Shown piece by piece: positions 8,034 to 16,672 of a stretch of DNA of 22,444 nt. Each line of letters begins with the position of its first letter. Position 1 is the stretch's first letter. Source of the stretch: Myxococcota bacterium (lineage in GTDB: Bacteria > Myxococcota > JACRCW01); contig JBFMGU010000177.1 in assembly GCA_040752415.1 (NCBI GenBank), positions 1 through 22,444 on the forward strand, in the 5' to 3' direction. The notes under the pieces are model-generated. The model did no database searches. It had not been told where the DNA came from and saw only the letters and a list, made by a program, of their open reading frames with translations. The translations under genes and the position numbers were made by a program.

Positions 8034-9547
8034 GCGCCTTTTCCGCGTCCCAATCCGTGCGCGCGCAACAGCTCATGGAGGTGGGAGCGTGCCAGCCCGA
8101 TGCGTCGCCCGGTCTCGCTGACGTTGCCACCACACGCCTGCAGCGCCTCCTGCAGGAACCGCTTCTGGAAAGCGCGCAGCGCGTCCTGGTAGCTCGTGGG
8201 TGTCTCGGGTGTCGTCGTGGCGGGAGCGTCGGGGAAAAGGTGGCGGACCTCCAACACGTCGCTGCCCTCGCTGAGCGCAAAGGCCACGCCGCGCTGGATG
8301 GTGGAGGTGAGCTGCCGGACGTTGCCGGGCCATTCCGCGTGCATGAGCGCGGAGCGGGCCGCCCAGGAGGGCGTCATGCGTCTTCCGTGCGACGCGCTGG
8401 CCGCCGCGGCCAGGTGCTCAGCGAGCAGCGGGATGTCGTCGGCACGCTCGCGCAGCGAGGGAGCGCGGATGGTGAGCACGTTGAGCCGGTAGAACACGTC
8501 CTCACGGAAGCGCTTCTCCGCCACCGCCTGTGCCAGGTCCACGTTGGTGGCGGCAATGATGCGGACATCCGCTTCCACCGGCACATCCGCGCCCAGGCGC
8601 CAGTATCGCCGCGACTGCAGGAACTGCAGCAGCTTGGGCTGGCAGGACAGCGGGAGCTCGCCAATCTCATCGAGGAACAGTGTTCCCCCGTCGGCGGCGG
8701 CGATCTTTCCGGGGATGCGACGCGTGGCGGTGGAATGCGCGCCCTTCTCCGCGCCAAACAGCTCGGCCTCCAGCAGCGTCTCCGGGATGGCCGCGCAGTT
8801 CAGCTCGACAAAAGGCCCCGCGGCACGACGCGAGCTCTGGTGGATGGCCCGCGCCATCTCGGTCTTGCCGGTGCCGCTCTCGCCGGTGAGGAGCACGGTG
8901 ACGTCGACGGAAGCGGCCACCACCATCTGCCGGAACGCCTCCGCCAGCGCGCGGGAACGCCCCACCAGTCCCTCGGCCTTCAGTCGCGCGCGTGACTCCG
9001 CGGTGTGGTCCACCGTCGTGGCGGCGGCGCGTCCTTCGCGCAACAGGCGCTCCACGTAGGGCGCAATGCGCAGCGCGACCAACTCGAGGAGCTTCTGCGC
9101 GTCGGCGGGGAACGGGCCGGGTGCGGTGCGACCCTGCAGGTACAACACGCCGAGCGGAGAGCTTCCCCCAATGGGCGCGCACAACACCGCCTGGATGCGA
9201 TGGGCCTGGACACTCTGCTGGGTCTTGAAGCGCGGGTCGTCGAGCGCACTGGCGGTGGACACGGTGCGACCGGTCTTGAGCGCCTCCGCGATGATGCCGG
9301 TGCTGAGCTGGCCGCGGATGTTCCGCAGGTCCTCCTCGCTGCACGCGTGGCTGACGTGCAGGACGGGCGGGGCCTCCGGTTTAGGCCTCAGCTCCAGGTA
9401 GCCCTGACGTGCGCCGGTGATGTCCACCACCATGCCCAATGCGTCGTCGAGGAAGGCGGGGAGCTCGTCGTGGGAGCCCAGGTCCAGCAAACGGCGGTAG
9501 AGGTCGCGCTCGGCGCGCAGCTGCTCCAGGTCACCGGCGTTGTCCAT
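8030..9547 (-). CDS. GAF-AAA+-Fis HTH sigma-54-type enhancer-binding protein (GAFTGA loop reads GAHSTA)
   Basis: N-terminal GAF, Walker A GESGTGKT, FVELNCAAIPETLLEAELFG, Walker B LFLDEIGE, REDVFYRLNV, WPGNVRQL, HTH GNVSETGRRIGLARSHL. Confidence 0.95.
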   Translation of the reverse strand: MDNAGDLEQLRAERDLYRRLLDLGSHDELPAFLDDALGMVVDITGARQGYLELRPKPEAPPVLHVSHACSEEDLRNIRGQLSTGIIAEALKTGRTVSTASALDDPRFKTQQSVQAHRIQAVLCAPIGGSSPLGVLYLQGRTAPGPFPADAQKLLELVALRIAPYVERLLREGRAAATTVDHTAESRARLKAEGLVGRSRALAEAFRQMVVAASVDVTVLLTGESGTGKTEMARAIHQSSRRAAGPFVELNCAAIPETLLEAELFGAEKGAHSTATRRIPGKIAAADGGTLFLDEIGELPLSCQPKLLQFLQSRRYWRLGADVPVEADVRIIAATNVDLAQAVAEKRFREDVFYRLNVLTIRAPSLRERADDIPLLAEHLAAAASASHGRRMTPSWAARSALMHAEWPGNVRQLTSTIQRGVAFALSEGSDVLEVRHLFPDAPATTTPETPTSYQDALRAFQKRFLQEALQACGGNVSETGRRIGLARSHLHELLRAHGLGRGKGA

Positions 9548-9650
9548 GGGCCGCGTCCTCTCGTCGGGTCACCGTAGGGCGCCCGTGCGGGAATTGACAA
9601 CCCGCGCCGTCAAAGGTTGCGCTGACGCCACCGACGCGCGCCTCAGGGGT

Positions 9651-9957
9651 TGCTCATGTCGGCGGGGCCGGCGAACAGCCACCTCCCACGTTCATGCCGT
9701 TGCGCCCGCCCGCCCCGATGCGCAACAGCCCTCGTTCCGACGAGAAGACGTCTCGACACCTCTTGCGTGCCCCCCTTCCCCTCAACGGTTGACGACGGCG
9801 GAGCGGGTGTGGGGAAGGGGGGCGAGCGAGCGCAACGGCATGAACGTGGGGGGTTAGGTGTTCGAGGGCATCGGACCGAATTGGCCAACTTGTTCTGACG
9901 CAGCCCCCTAGGTGTTCGCCCGCCTCACGACATGAACAGTTCATTCTGACGCAGCCC
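9651..9957. repeat. Intergenic nested inverted/direct repeat element (REP/MITE-like or structured RNA)
   Basis: 36-bp inverted repeat 9681-9716 / 9819-9854 (33/36); 12-bp IR 9770-9781 / 9811-9822; imperfect IR 9651-9677 / 9913-9938; direct repeats TAGGTGTTCG (9855, 9909) and TTCTGACGCAGCCC (9893, 9944). Confidence 0.8.
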
Positions 9958-9968
9958 TCACGCGCCTC

Positions 9969-11129
9969 CTACGCCGCCTTCCGGCGTCCCTCACACAACG
10001 CGCGCACCCGTCGCGTCACGTTCTCGCGCGCCCTGGCGTACTCGCTCGCCTCCAGGTCCCGGCCGGGAATCCCGTAGACCTCCCACGCTCCCGTCGCCGC
10101 CGCGTCCGGAAGCCCGCTGTTCACCTCGTCGGGCAGCGCGGGCAGCGCCCCCAGCAGCGCATCCCTCACCGGCTGACCACCCTCCGCCACGCACCACTCC
10201 ACGACGTCCCAACCATGCGCCGCGTGGCGGCCTTCATCGGCGGCAATCTCCTTGAGCACCGCGCGGATGGCGGGCACCTGGCACCGGCTCACCAGCTTGG
10301 CCACCACGCGCGCGGACACGCCTTCATGCAGCGCTCCGTCGACGAGCGAGTCGACCGCGAGCTGCGCCAGCTTCATCGTCCGCGTTCCCCGGAGCGGAGA
10401 GGCGGTGCTGGTTTCCGGGAACGGACCAGGCCCCTCCGCACGTCCATCCAGGCCACGCGCAAGCGTGAAGCACAGCTGCGTGTGTCGGATCTCGTCGAGC
10501 GAGTCGCGGTTGGCGGCGGCAACCAGCGTCGGCGGCGCGCCCAGCGCCATGAGGTCCAACGTGAGCTTCGCGAACGCGCCCACCGACGCGTGCTCGGTGC
10601 GACCGTTCTCCCGCCACTGCGCGGCCAGTCCCGGCGCCACCTCCTTCGCCACGTCCAGCGCATCACCCTTCTCCACCCACGTTGCGCCCTCGCGCGAGAC
10701 GCGTGGCAACAGGACCTCGTGTCCCCGACGGAGCTGTCGCCCACGACGGAACCCATAGGTCGCCATCAGCGTGAAGAGGGCCCCCATTCCCGCCAGCATC
10801 ACGCTCGGCGCCGACAACGTGGCAACCAGGACGGCCAGCCCGCGGCGACCGTTCCGCCACAAGCGCACCGCCCTTTTCGTGACCCACGCCGCGAACGCCA
10901 GCGCGCAGATCGTGACGAGCGCGCCCACGGCAAATCCTTCGGGAGACTCCACGTCCGCCACCGCGACGAAGACACCCGAAGCGAAGCTCAACACCGCTAC
11001 CGCGATCCAGATCCACGAGAGACGTCGCGGCGGTTGCGCACGGGGTGCTTGTTCCGTGGGCATGGCAGCCGACGGCGTGGAAGGAGCCTGGAAGGCGGGT
11101 GCGTCTTGAAGTCGGGCGTTGACGAGCAT
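9969..11129 (-). CDS. Membrane-anchored ferritin-like (putative diiron) protein, 386 aa
   Basis: About three N-terminal TM helices, then W...EHASVGAF, LGAP, DEIRH, HEGVSA, IAADEGRHAAHGW: two ExxH motifs plus extra Glu as in four-helix carboxylate-bridged dimetal proteins. RBS AGGAGG (11143-11138) 8 nt before ATG. Confidence 0.85.
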   Translation of the reverse strand: MLVNARLQDAPAFQAPSTPSAAMPTEQAPRAQPPRRLSWIWIAVAVLSFASGVFVAVADVESPEGFAVGALVTICALAFAAWVTKRAVRLWRNGRRGLAVLVATLSAPSVMLAGMGALFTLMATYGFRRGRQLRRGHEVLLPRVSREGATWVEKGDALDVAKEVAPGLAAQWRENGRTEHASVGAFAKLTLDLMALGAPPTLVAAANRDSLDEIRHTQLCFTLARGLDGRAEGPGPFPETSTASPLRGTRTMKLAQLAVDSLVDGALHEGVSARVVAKLVSRCQVPAIRAVLKEIAADEGRHAAHGWDVVEWCVAEGGQPVRDALLGALPALPDEVNSGLPDAAATGAWEVYGIPGRDLEASEYARARENVTRRVRALCEGRRKAA

Positions 11130-11168
11130 GCGCGTTTCCTCCTGTTCCCTGGTTCAACAAGTGACATC

Positions 11169-11183
11169 GCAAATCCCGCGCCG
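11169..11183 (-). promoter_or_regulatory. Putative sigma-54 (-24/-12) promoter of the ferritin-like gene
   Basis: Minus strand CGGCGCGGGATTTGC: GG-N10-GC with TTGC, close to consensus TGGCACG-N4-TTGC, about 40 nt upstream of ATG 11129. Confidence 0.6.
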
Positions 11184-11470
11184 CGTTCCGGAACGGGTGG
11201 TCTCCTCCGGGAATTCACCAGCAAGATCCGAGGGATACCCACCCGGCACGCCCAAGCTCCGCGCGTTGCCCGCGGTGTCCGTCATGTTCATCCGCTGCTC
11301 AGATGAGGCACCCGGCGCACACGCTGCCCCACCCTTCGCTCGTGCTGCCTGCGTGCTTCCCGTCACGGCCGCGACGCGCGTCACGTCGGGCGCCCGCGGT
11401 CACGTGTTAGCGTGCGCGCCCACTGGCCCATCATCGGGTGGCCAGGGCTTCGTGAAAGGCAGGCGTGTCC

Positions 11471-14400
11471 ATGGGTTGGCGTGCTCTTCCAATGTTGGCG
11501 CTGTTCACTCTCGTCGCCGGTTGTCCTCCTTCCGCCAGCACCGGCAGTCAGACGCGCGCCACCATCTCCGGCCGCGTGGTGCTCGTCGATAAACCGGGTC
11601 TCAATGACATGAGCCGCGTGCGCGTGGACCTGGGACGCGGTGAGGGCGGCGTGGCCCCGGATGAGCAGGGCAACTTCGAGTTCTCCGACGTGGAGCCGGA
11701 CGTCTACACGCTGGTGGTGACCTTCTCCGGCGGGCTCACGCTGGATGCCACCGGCTCGGCGTACCGTCGTCATGAGACGCGCGTGGTGGCGCGGGCGGGC
11801 GGCTCGGTGGTGCTGGGTGAGCTGCGCCCGGCGCTGGGCGACGGAGCGGTCCACGGCACCATCACACACGTGGATGGCACTCCCGGCGACGGCACCAACG
11901 TGGACCTCGTCCTCGACGACGGCGGCGTGCTCTCCACCACCGCCGTTGGCGGCCAGTACAGCTTCTCCAAGGTTCCCGTGGGACGACACCGCGTCGCCGC
12001 GCGCCAGGATGGCTACGCCGTCAGCTCACAGGGCGTGGGCGTGGCCGCCGTGATCGACCGCTGCGGTGCCGGCGTCACGGTGGGCGTGGGCGACGAGGAT
12101 GCTCCCGCACCCACCATGGGCCTGGTGCGCGCGGAGGCGTCGTTCCTTCCCGGCGCGGACCAGACGTTCTCCGTGGAGGGCAACACCTGGTACCTCAACA
12201 CCGACAGCCCCACCGTGCGCGTGGTGAGCGGCTACGCGGTGACCGCCAGCACCTGGCTCAACGACGACGAGCCACCCCTGCCCAGCGCGTTCAACGCCGA
12301 CGGCTACGTGGTGCAGGGACTGCCCGCGGGTGTCACCGAGTGGCACGTGGAGCTCAGCGACGGTTGCGGCTACACCTCACGTCCCTACACCGTGCGACTC
12401 GTGCGTGACGTCGAGGCGCCTCTCCTGGACCTGGTGCAGCTCAACCACGGCGCCACCATCACCGCCAGCCCCTCCGCCGTCGCCACGCTGCTTGCCACCG
12501 ACGTCCTGTCTCCGGAGCTGGAGATGCGTTGGGTGCTCTGCTCCGTCGACGCGAGCGGCACGGAGAGCTGCGCCCTGGACCTCGATGAGCAGACCTTCAC
12601 GTCGCTGCAGCGCGAGTTCCCGGTGAACCTCGACGCGGACGGACGCCTGCGTCTCAAGGTGGAGGTGCGTGACGCCTCGGGCAACGTTGCCACGGGGAGC
12701 GCGGAGATCGTCCTGGACACCGAGCCGCCCGCCGACGTGACGGTGACCATCGCGGGTGGCGCCGACGAGGTGCGCCAACCCACGGTCATGGTTTCCATCC
12801 GCGCCACCGGCGCCACGCTCATGCAGGTGGGCACCGCCTCCGGCCTGGCCGGGGTGCCGTGGGAGCCCTTTGCCGCGGAGCGCCAGATGACCCTTGGTGG
12901 TGGCGACGGAGAAAAGAAGGTCTTCCTCCGCCTTCGTGATGACGCGGGCAACTCCAGCGACGAGGTCTACGACACCATCATCCTCGACACCACCGGGCCG
13001 CTGGCCGGCACCCTCTCGCTTGCCAACGGTGCGGAGCACGTGCAGGACCCGGACGTGGCCTTCCGTGTGACCGGCGGTGCCGAAGGCGACTTCGTGGTCC
13101 TTTATGGTGACCTAAGCGCCGGCGTCCTGGGGCCCTTTGCGTGGGGAAGCGTGCCAGCGCGCCTCGACCTTGAGCCGGGGGAGGGACCCAAGCTGGTCTG
13201 GGCCATCCTGCGTGACCCCGCTGGAAACGAGTCGGCCGCGTTCTTTGACAGCGTCACCGTCGACGCCACCGCGCCGCTCGATCCCGAGGTCACCATCAAC
13301 AGCGGGGCCGAGCTGACGCGATCCGTGTCCGTGGTGGTGGAGGTGCGACGCGACGAGGAGAGCAGCCCGCTGGACGCAATGCGCGTGGCCTGCGACGACA
13401 ACATTGCCGCGGCCCCCCGCGTTCCCTTCACCACCTTCACCACCTGCCTGCTCCCGCCCGGCGACGGAGAAAAGCTGGTGGCGGTGCAGCTGGAGGACGC
13501 GGCGGGGAACGCCTCCGCCGTCCGGCGCGTGGCCATCACGCTGGACCAGACCGCGCCCACGTTGCCGGTGCTGCAGGAGCTGAACCCGGTGCTGGCGCCG
13601 GAGGGCCCCGAATACAACGTCGAGATCACCCTGGCCGCGCCCAGCACCGACGACCACTTCGATCACCACGAGGCCATTGGCGCCAACCTGCTCGAGTGGA
13701 CCGTCTTCGACGGCACCACGCTCACCGTGCAGCTCCTGGACGAGGGTAGCGCGGTGGTGCGCGTGCGCGGCGTGGACAGCGCGGGCAACGTCAGCGCGGA
13801 GAGCGCCGTGACCCTGACCCGCGACACCACCGCTCCCACGGCCCCGTGTGTCGAGACGGGCTGCGGTGTTGCTTCGCCCCGCTTCATCAATGAGCCCAGC
13901 TACACCGTGCAGCTTGCGCACAACGGTTCCGACGAGCACCTGGCCGGCTATGACACCTGCGTCCTCAGCGCCACGCGCGCCCTGGACTGCGCCAGCAACT
14001 GCAACGAGGCCGCGCTCAACCCCGGTCCCATCACGTCCTCGTTCGCGGTGGCCCTGACCAGCAACGCCAGCAACGTGTTCTGCGTGCGCTCCCGCGACGC
14101 GGCAGGCAACACCAGCGCGTGGGATTCCCTGGAGCTTGTCCACGACGACCAACCGCCGCCCGCGCCCATCCTGGCCGACCCGCCGGGCGTGGTCACCGGC
14201 CCCACCGTGGACCTGTTCTTCCTGGCCACCTCCGCGGTGCTGGACCTCTCGCACTACGAGGTGCTGGGCGGCGCATGGATGGACGCGGAGAGCTACTGCA
14301 AGACCGCGCAACCGCCGTTCTGCATTCCGCCGCGCAACCTCGGCAGCTTCCTTGTCGACGAGCAGGGCCTGGAGGTGGCGCTGCGCATCCCCATCCTGCG

Positions 14401-16603
14401 GGACCGGGTCAACACCATCTCGGTGCGCGCGGTGGACAAGGCGGGCAACCGCAGCGCCGCGGCGCAGGTGGAGGTGCGGGAGGGCTCGGGGCGCCTCATT
14501 GGAACTTCGCCGGATTTCGTCTTTGATGTGCAGCTTAGCGGAGAGCTGGTGACCTACGCGGCCGACCCCACCGGCGCGCTCGTGCGTGACCCGGGCCAGG
14601 ACCTCCGTTCCGGGACCAGCGACGACATCGAGATCGTCCTCTCCGGCACCCTCCTCGGCCCCGGCAGCCCGGACCGTTCCAGGCGGCTGGCACTGGCGCC
14701 CGGCATGGTGGCCCGCGTGGATACCGCGTACGACGTTCCCGGCGTCGTGGACGGCACCGTCGTGCTCCGCACCACCGGGGACAACGGCTACTTTGACGAC
14801 CTGGATGACATCGATGTCCGTGTGACCCCGCTGCCTGGCGCGTGCGGCTCGCAGCTGGCCTTCCGCAATCCCTCCATCTCCAACGGCCGCATCCTCGTCG
14901 GGTGCTCCGCCACATCCACCAACCGCGACGTGGTCCTGGTCACCCCGGGTCCCAACGGCGTCTTCGAGGACACGGCGGCGCCCGGGCGCGACGACGTGGT
15001 CATTCCCATTGCCGCCACCGCGGCGGTGGAAACCTCCGGGGTGCTCTCGCACGAGACCGCCGCGTTCCTGATGCAGAACGGCGCCGCCTGGGACCTCCAG
15101 GTCCGCCTGCCCGGTCCCGACGGCATCCTCGGCTCCGGCGGAGACGACACCACCGCCACGCTGGATACCGACGTGGTGGAGATGCCGCCCGCGCTGGTCA
15201 TGCCCACCGACCCCGGGATCCCCAGCTGCCAGAAAGGCGTGGCGTACCTCAAGGGCGGCCGGCTCATGCTGCGCAACGTGGGCAGCGACGGCGTGCTGGC
15301 CAGCTCCGACGACGAGACCATCGTGCTGCGCGACTTTGGGTTCACCGTGCTGTACGGGCCGCTGCGCGTGGACATGAGCCCGGGCCTGGTGTTCGCCCGG
15401 CCGTACATCTCGGACGAGGACGTGGTGATTGCCGCGGGACCGGATGGCTGCTTCCAGGCCCATGACGTGTTGGGTCGCGACGACGAGATCACCGTCCTGC
15501 GCACCGGATCCAACGTGGACGTCGCGCTGGGTCGCAACGCGTGGCTGCAGGTGCGCCGCGACGACAACTCCGGCAACGCACTGGTGCTGCATGACACGCT
15601 GGTGCGTCGGCCGCTGTACTGGAAGGTGCCCACCGACCAGGTGGAGTTTGGCCTGGCGCGCGGAGACGGATTCGCCGTGCTGCCCTCCTCCAGCACCATC
15701 CTCGTCGACCGCGACAACGTGGTGCACCGCCGCTACGACCCGAGCCTCTACGCGCGCTGGTTCGTGGGTGGTCGCCGGAAGTTCGCCTCGCTGGCGGAAG
15801 GCGCGGACCGGCTCTCCGTCACCGAGGCGGGCAGCGACGGACGCTTCTTCACCGCCGACGACGTGGTGACCGTGGTGGCGCAGGATGGGCCGGGAGTGGA
15901 CGTGCTTGGACCGGCTCCGCACGGCGTGGCGCTTTCGGACGACGCGCTGGCGTGGATCGATACCTCGCAGGGCGTGGACTACTACGACCGCGACGTCATG
16001 CTGCGCTACGCCGGCACCAACGGCATCTTCGAGGGCGACACCGACGCCACCGAGTGCACCGTGGCCTTGACCTCCGACGACGCGTTCCGCGAGTACCTCA
16101 CCCTCAGCGGCCCCAACGCGGCGTGGGAGCGCCTCCCCAACACCGTGCAGGTCCATGAGTCGGGCGCGGACCGTTGCGCCGTTGGCACCATCACCACGCT
16201 GCCCATGGCCGGCCGACTCAAGCGGCCCTTCCTCCTCGGGAACCAGGTGGTCGCGGTGGAGACCAACGGCCTCGGCTACCCGGTGGGCGTGGTCGCGCTG
16301 CGTGCGCGGGGGACGTTCGCCAACGGTGTGGACGTGGTGCCCTCGTGCCGGATTCCCCCGGGGTGGTCGTTGTTCGCCGGCGGCGGCAACTCGCTCGTGG
16401 TGGACGCGCTCCTGGATGACGCCATGGTGCTGATCCTCGCGCGCGGCGCGGAGCGGAGGACGGTGGCGTGCCATCTCGCCGACGGGGTGCTGCGCAGCCT
16501 GGACCAGGACCTGCCACTCCCGGAGAACCTGGCCAGCTACGGTTCCGGCCTGCTCATCCAGACGCCCACCACCGGCGGCGTCATGGAGGTCAGCACGCGT
16601 TGA
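11471..16603 (+). CDS. Giant surface lipoprotein (1710 aa): beta-sandwich N-terminus, tandem Ig-like repeats, C-terminal acidic repeat region
   Basis: MGWRALPMLALFTLVAGC lipobox; DEQGNFEFSDVEPDVYTL (carboxypeptidase-regulatory-like); seven DxxGN...D-x-x-(A/G/P/E)-P Ig-like repeats; about eight G-x-(D/N)-G...DD repeats; consistent high third-position GC in this frame. Confidence 0.88.
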   Translation: MGWRALPMLALFTLVAGCPPSASTGSQTRATISGRVVLVDKPGLNDMSRVRVDLGRGEGGVAPDEQGNFEFSDVEPDVYTLVVTFSGGLTLDATGSAYRRHETRVVARAGGSVVLGELRPALGDGAVHGTITHVDGTPGDGTNVDLVLDDGGVLSTTAVGGQYSFSKVPVGRHRVAARQDGYAVSSQGVGVAAVIDRCGAGVTVGVGDEDAPAPTMGLVRAEASFLPGADQTFSVEGNTWYLNTDSPTVRVVSGYAVTASTWLNDDEPPLPSAFNADGYVVQGLPAGVTEWHVELSDGCGYTSRPYTVRLVRDVEAPLLDLVQLNHGATITASPSAVATLLATDVLSPELEMRWVLCSVDASGTESCALDLDEQTFTSLQREFPVNLDADGRLRLKVEVRDASGNVATGSAEIVLDTEPPADVTVTIAGGADEVRQPTVMVSIRATGATLMQVGTASGLAGVPWEPFAAERQMTLGGGDGEKKVFLRLRDDAGNSSDEVYDTIILDTTGPLAGTLSLANGAEHVQDPDVAFRVTGGAEGDFVVLYGDLSAGVLGPFAWGSVPARLDLEPGEGPKLVWAILRDPAGNESAAFFDSVTVDATAPLDPEVTINSGAELTRSVSVVVEVRRDEESSPLDAMRVACDDNIAAAPRVPFTTFTTCLLPPGDGEKLVAVQLEDAAGNASAVRRVAITLDQTAPTLPVLQELNPVLAPEGPEYNVEITLAAPSTDDHFDHHEAIGANLLEWTVFDGTTLTVQLLDEGSAVVRVRGVDSAGNVSAESAVTLTRDTTAPTAPCVETGCGVASPRFINEPSYTVQLAHNGSDEHLAGYDTCVLSATRALDCASNCNEAALNPGPITSSFAVALTSNASNVFCVRSRDAAGNTSAWDSLELVHDDQPPPAPILADPPGVVTGPTVDLFFLATSAVLDLSHYEVLGGAWMDAESYCKTAQPPFCIPPRNLGSFLVDEQGLEVALRIPILRDRVNTISVRAVDKAGNRSAAAQVEVREGSGRLIGTSPDFVFDVQLSGELVTYAADPTGALVRDPGQDLRSGTSDDIEIVLSGTLLGPGSPDRSRRLALAPGMVARVDTAYDVPGVVDGTVVLRTTGDNGYFDDLDDIDVRVTPLPGACGSQLAFRNPSISNGRILVGCSATSTNRDVVLVTPGPNGVFEDTAAPGRDDVVIPIAATAAVETSGVLSHETAAFLMQNGAAWDLQVRLPGPDGILGSGGDDTTATLDTDVVEMPPALVMPTDPGIPSCQKGVAYLKGGRLMLRNVGSDGVLASSDDETIVLRDFGFTVLYGPLRVDMSPGLVFARPYISDEDVVIAAGPDGCFQAHDVLGRDDEITVLRTGSNVDVALGRNAWLQVRRDDNSGNALVLHDTLVRRPLYWKVPTDQVEFGLARGDGFAVLPSSSTILVDRDNVVHRRYDPSLYARWFVGGRRKFASLAEGADRLSVTEAGSDGRFFTADDVVTVVAQDGPGVDVLGPAPHGVALSDDALAWIDTSQGVDYYDRDVMLRYAGTNGIFEGDTDATECTVALTSDDAFREYLTLSGPNAAWERLPNTVQVHESGADRCAVGTITTLPMAGRLKRPFLLGNQVVAVETNGLGYPVGVVALRARGTFANGVDVVPSCRIPPGWSLFAGGGNSLVVDALLDDAMVLILARGAERRTVACHLADGVLRSLDQDLPLPENLASYGSGLLIQTPTTGGVMEVSTR

Positions 16604-16672
16604 CGTGAGCGCGGTCGTCGTGGCCACGCGCGGGTTTCCACCCTGCAACCCGCGTGATACGCCGCTGCGTGC

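Noticed and set aside
9670..9920. Integron attC site (GTTAGGT at 9853-9859; GGCGAAC/GTTCGCC complementary ends)
   Set aside because: Span of 190-250 bp is longer than typical attC sites, no RYYYAAC partner for GTTAGGT, no integrase or cassette array in the window.
9855..9957. Mini CRISPR array
   Set aside because: Only two units with 10- and 14-bp conserved blocks; no cas genes.
16629..16654. Hairpin CGCGGGTT-N10-AACCCGCG as terminator between lipoprotein and radical SAM gene
   Set aside because: No U-tract; cannot be called a terminator.
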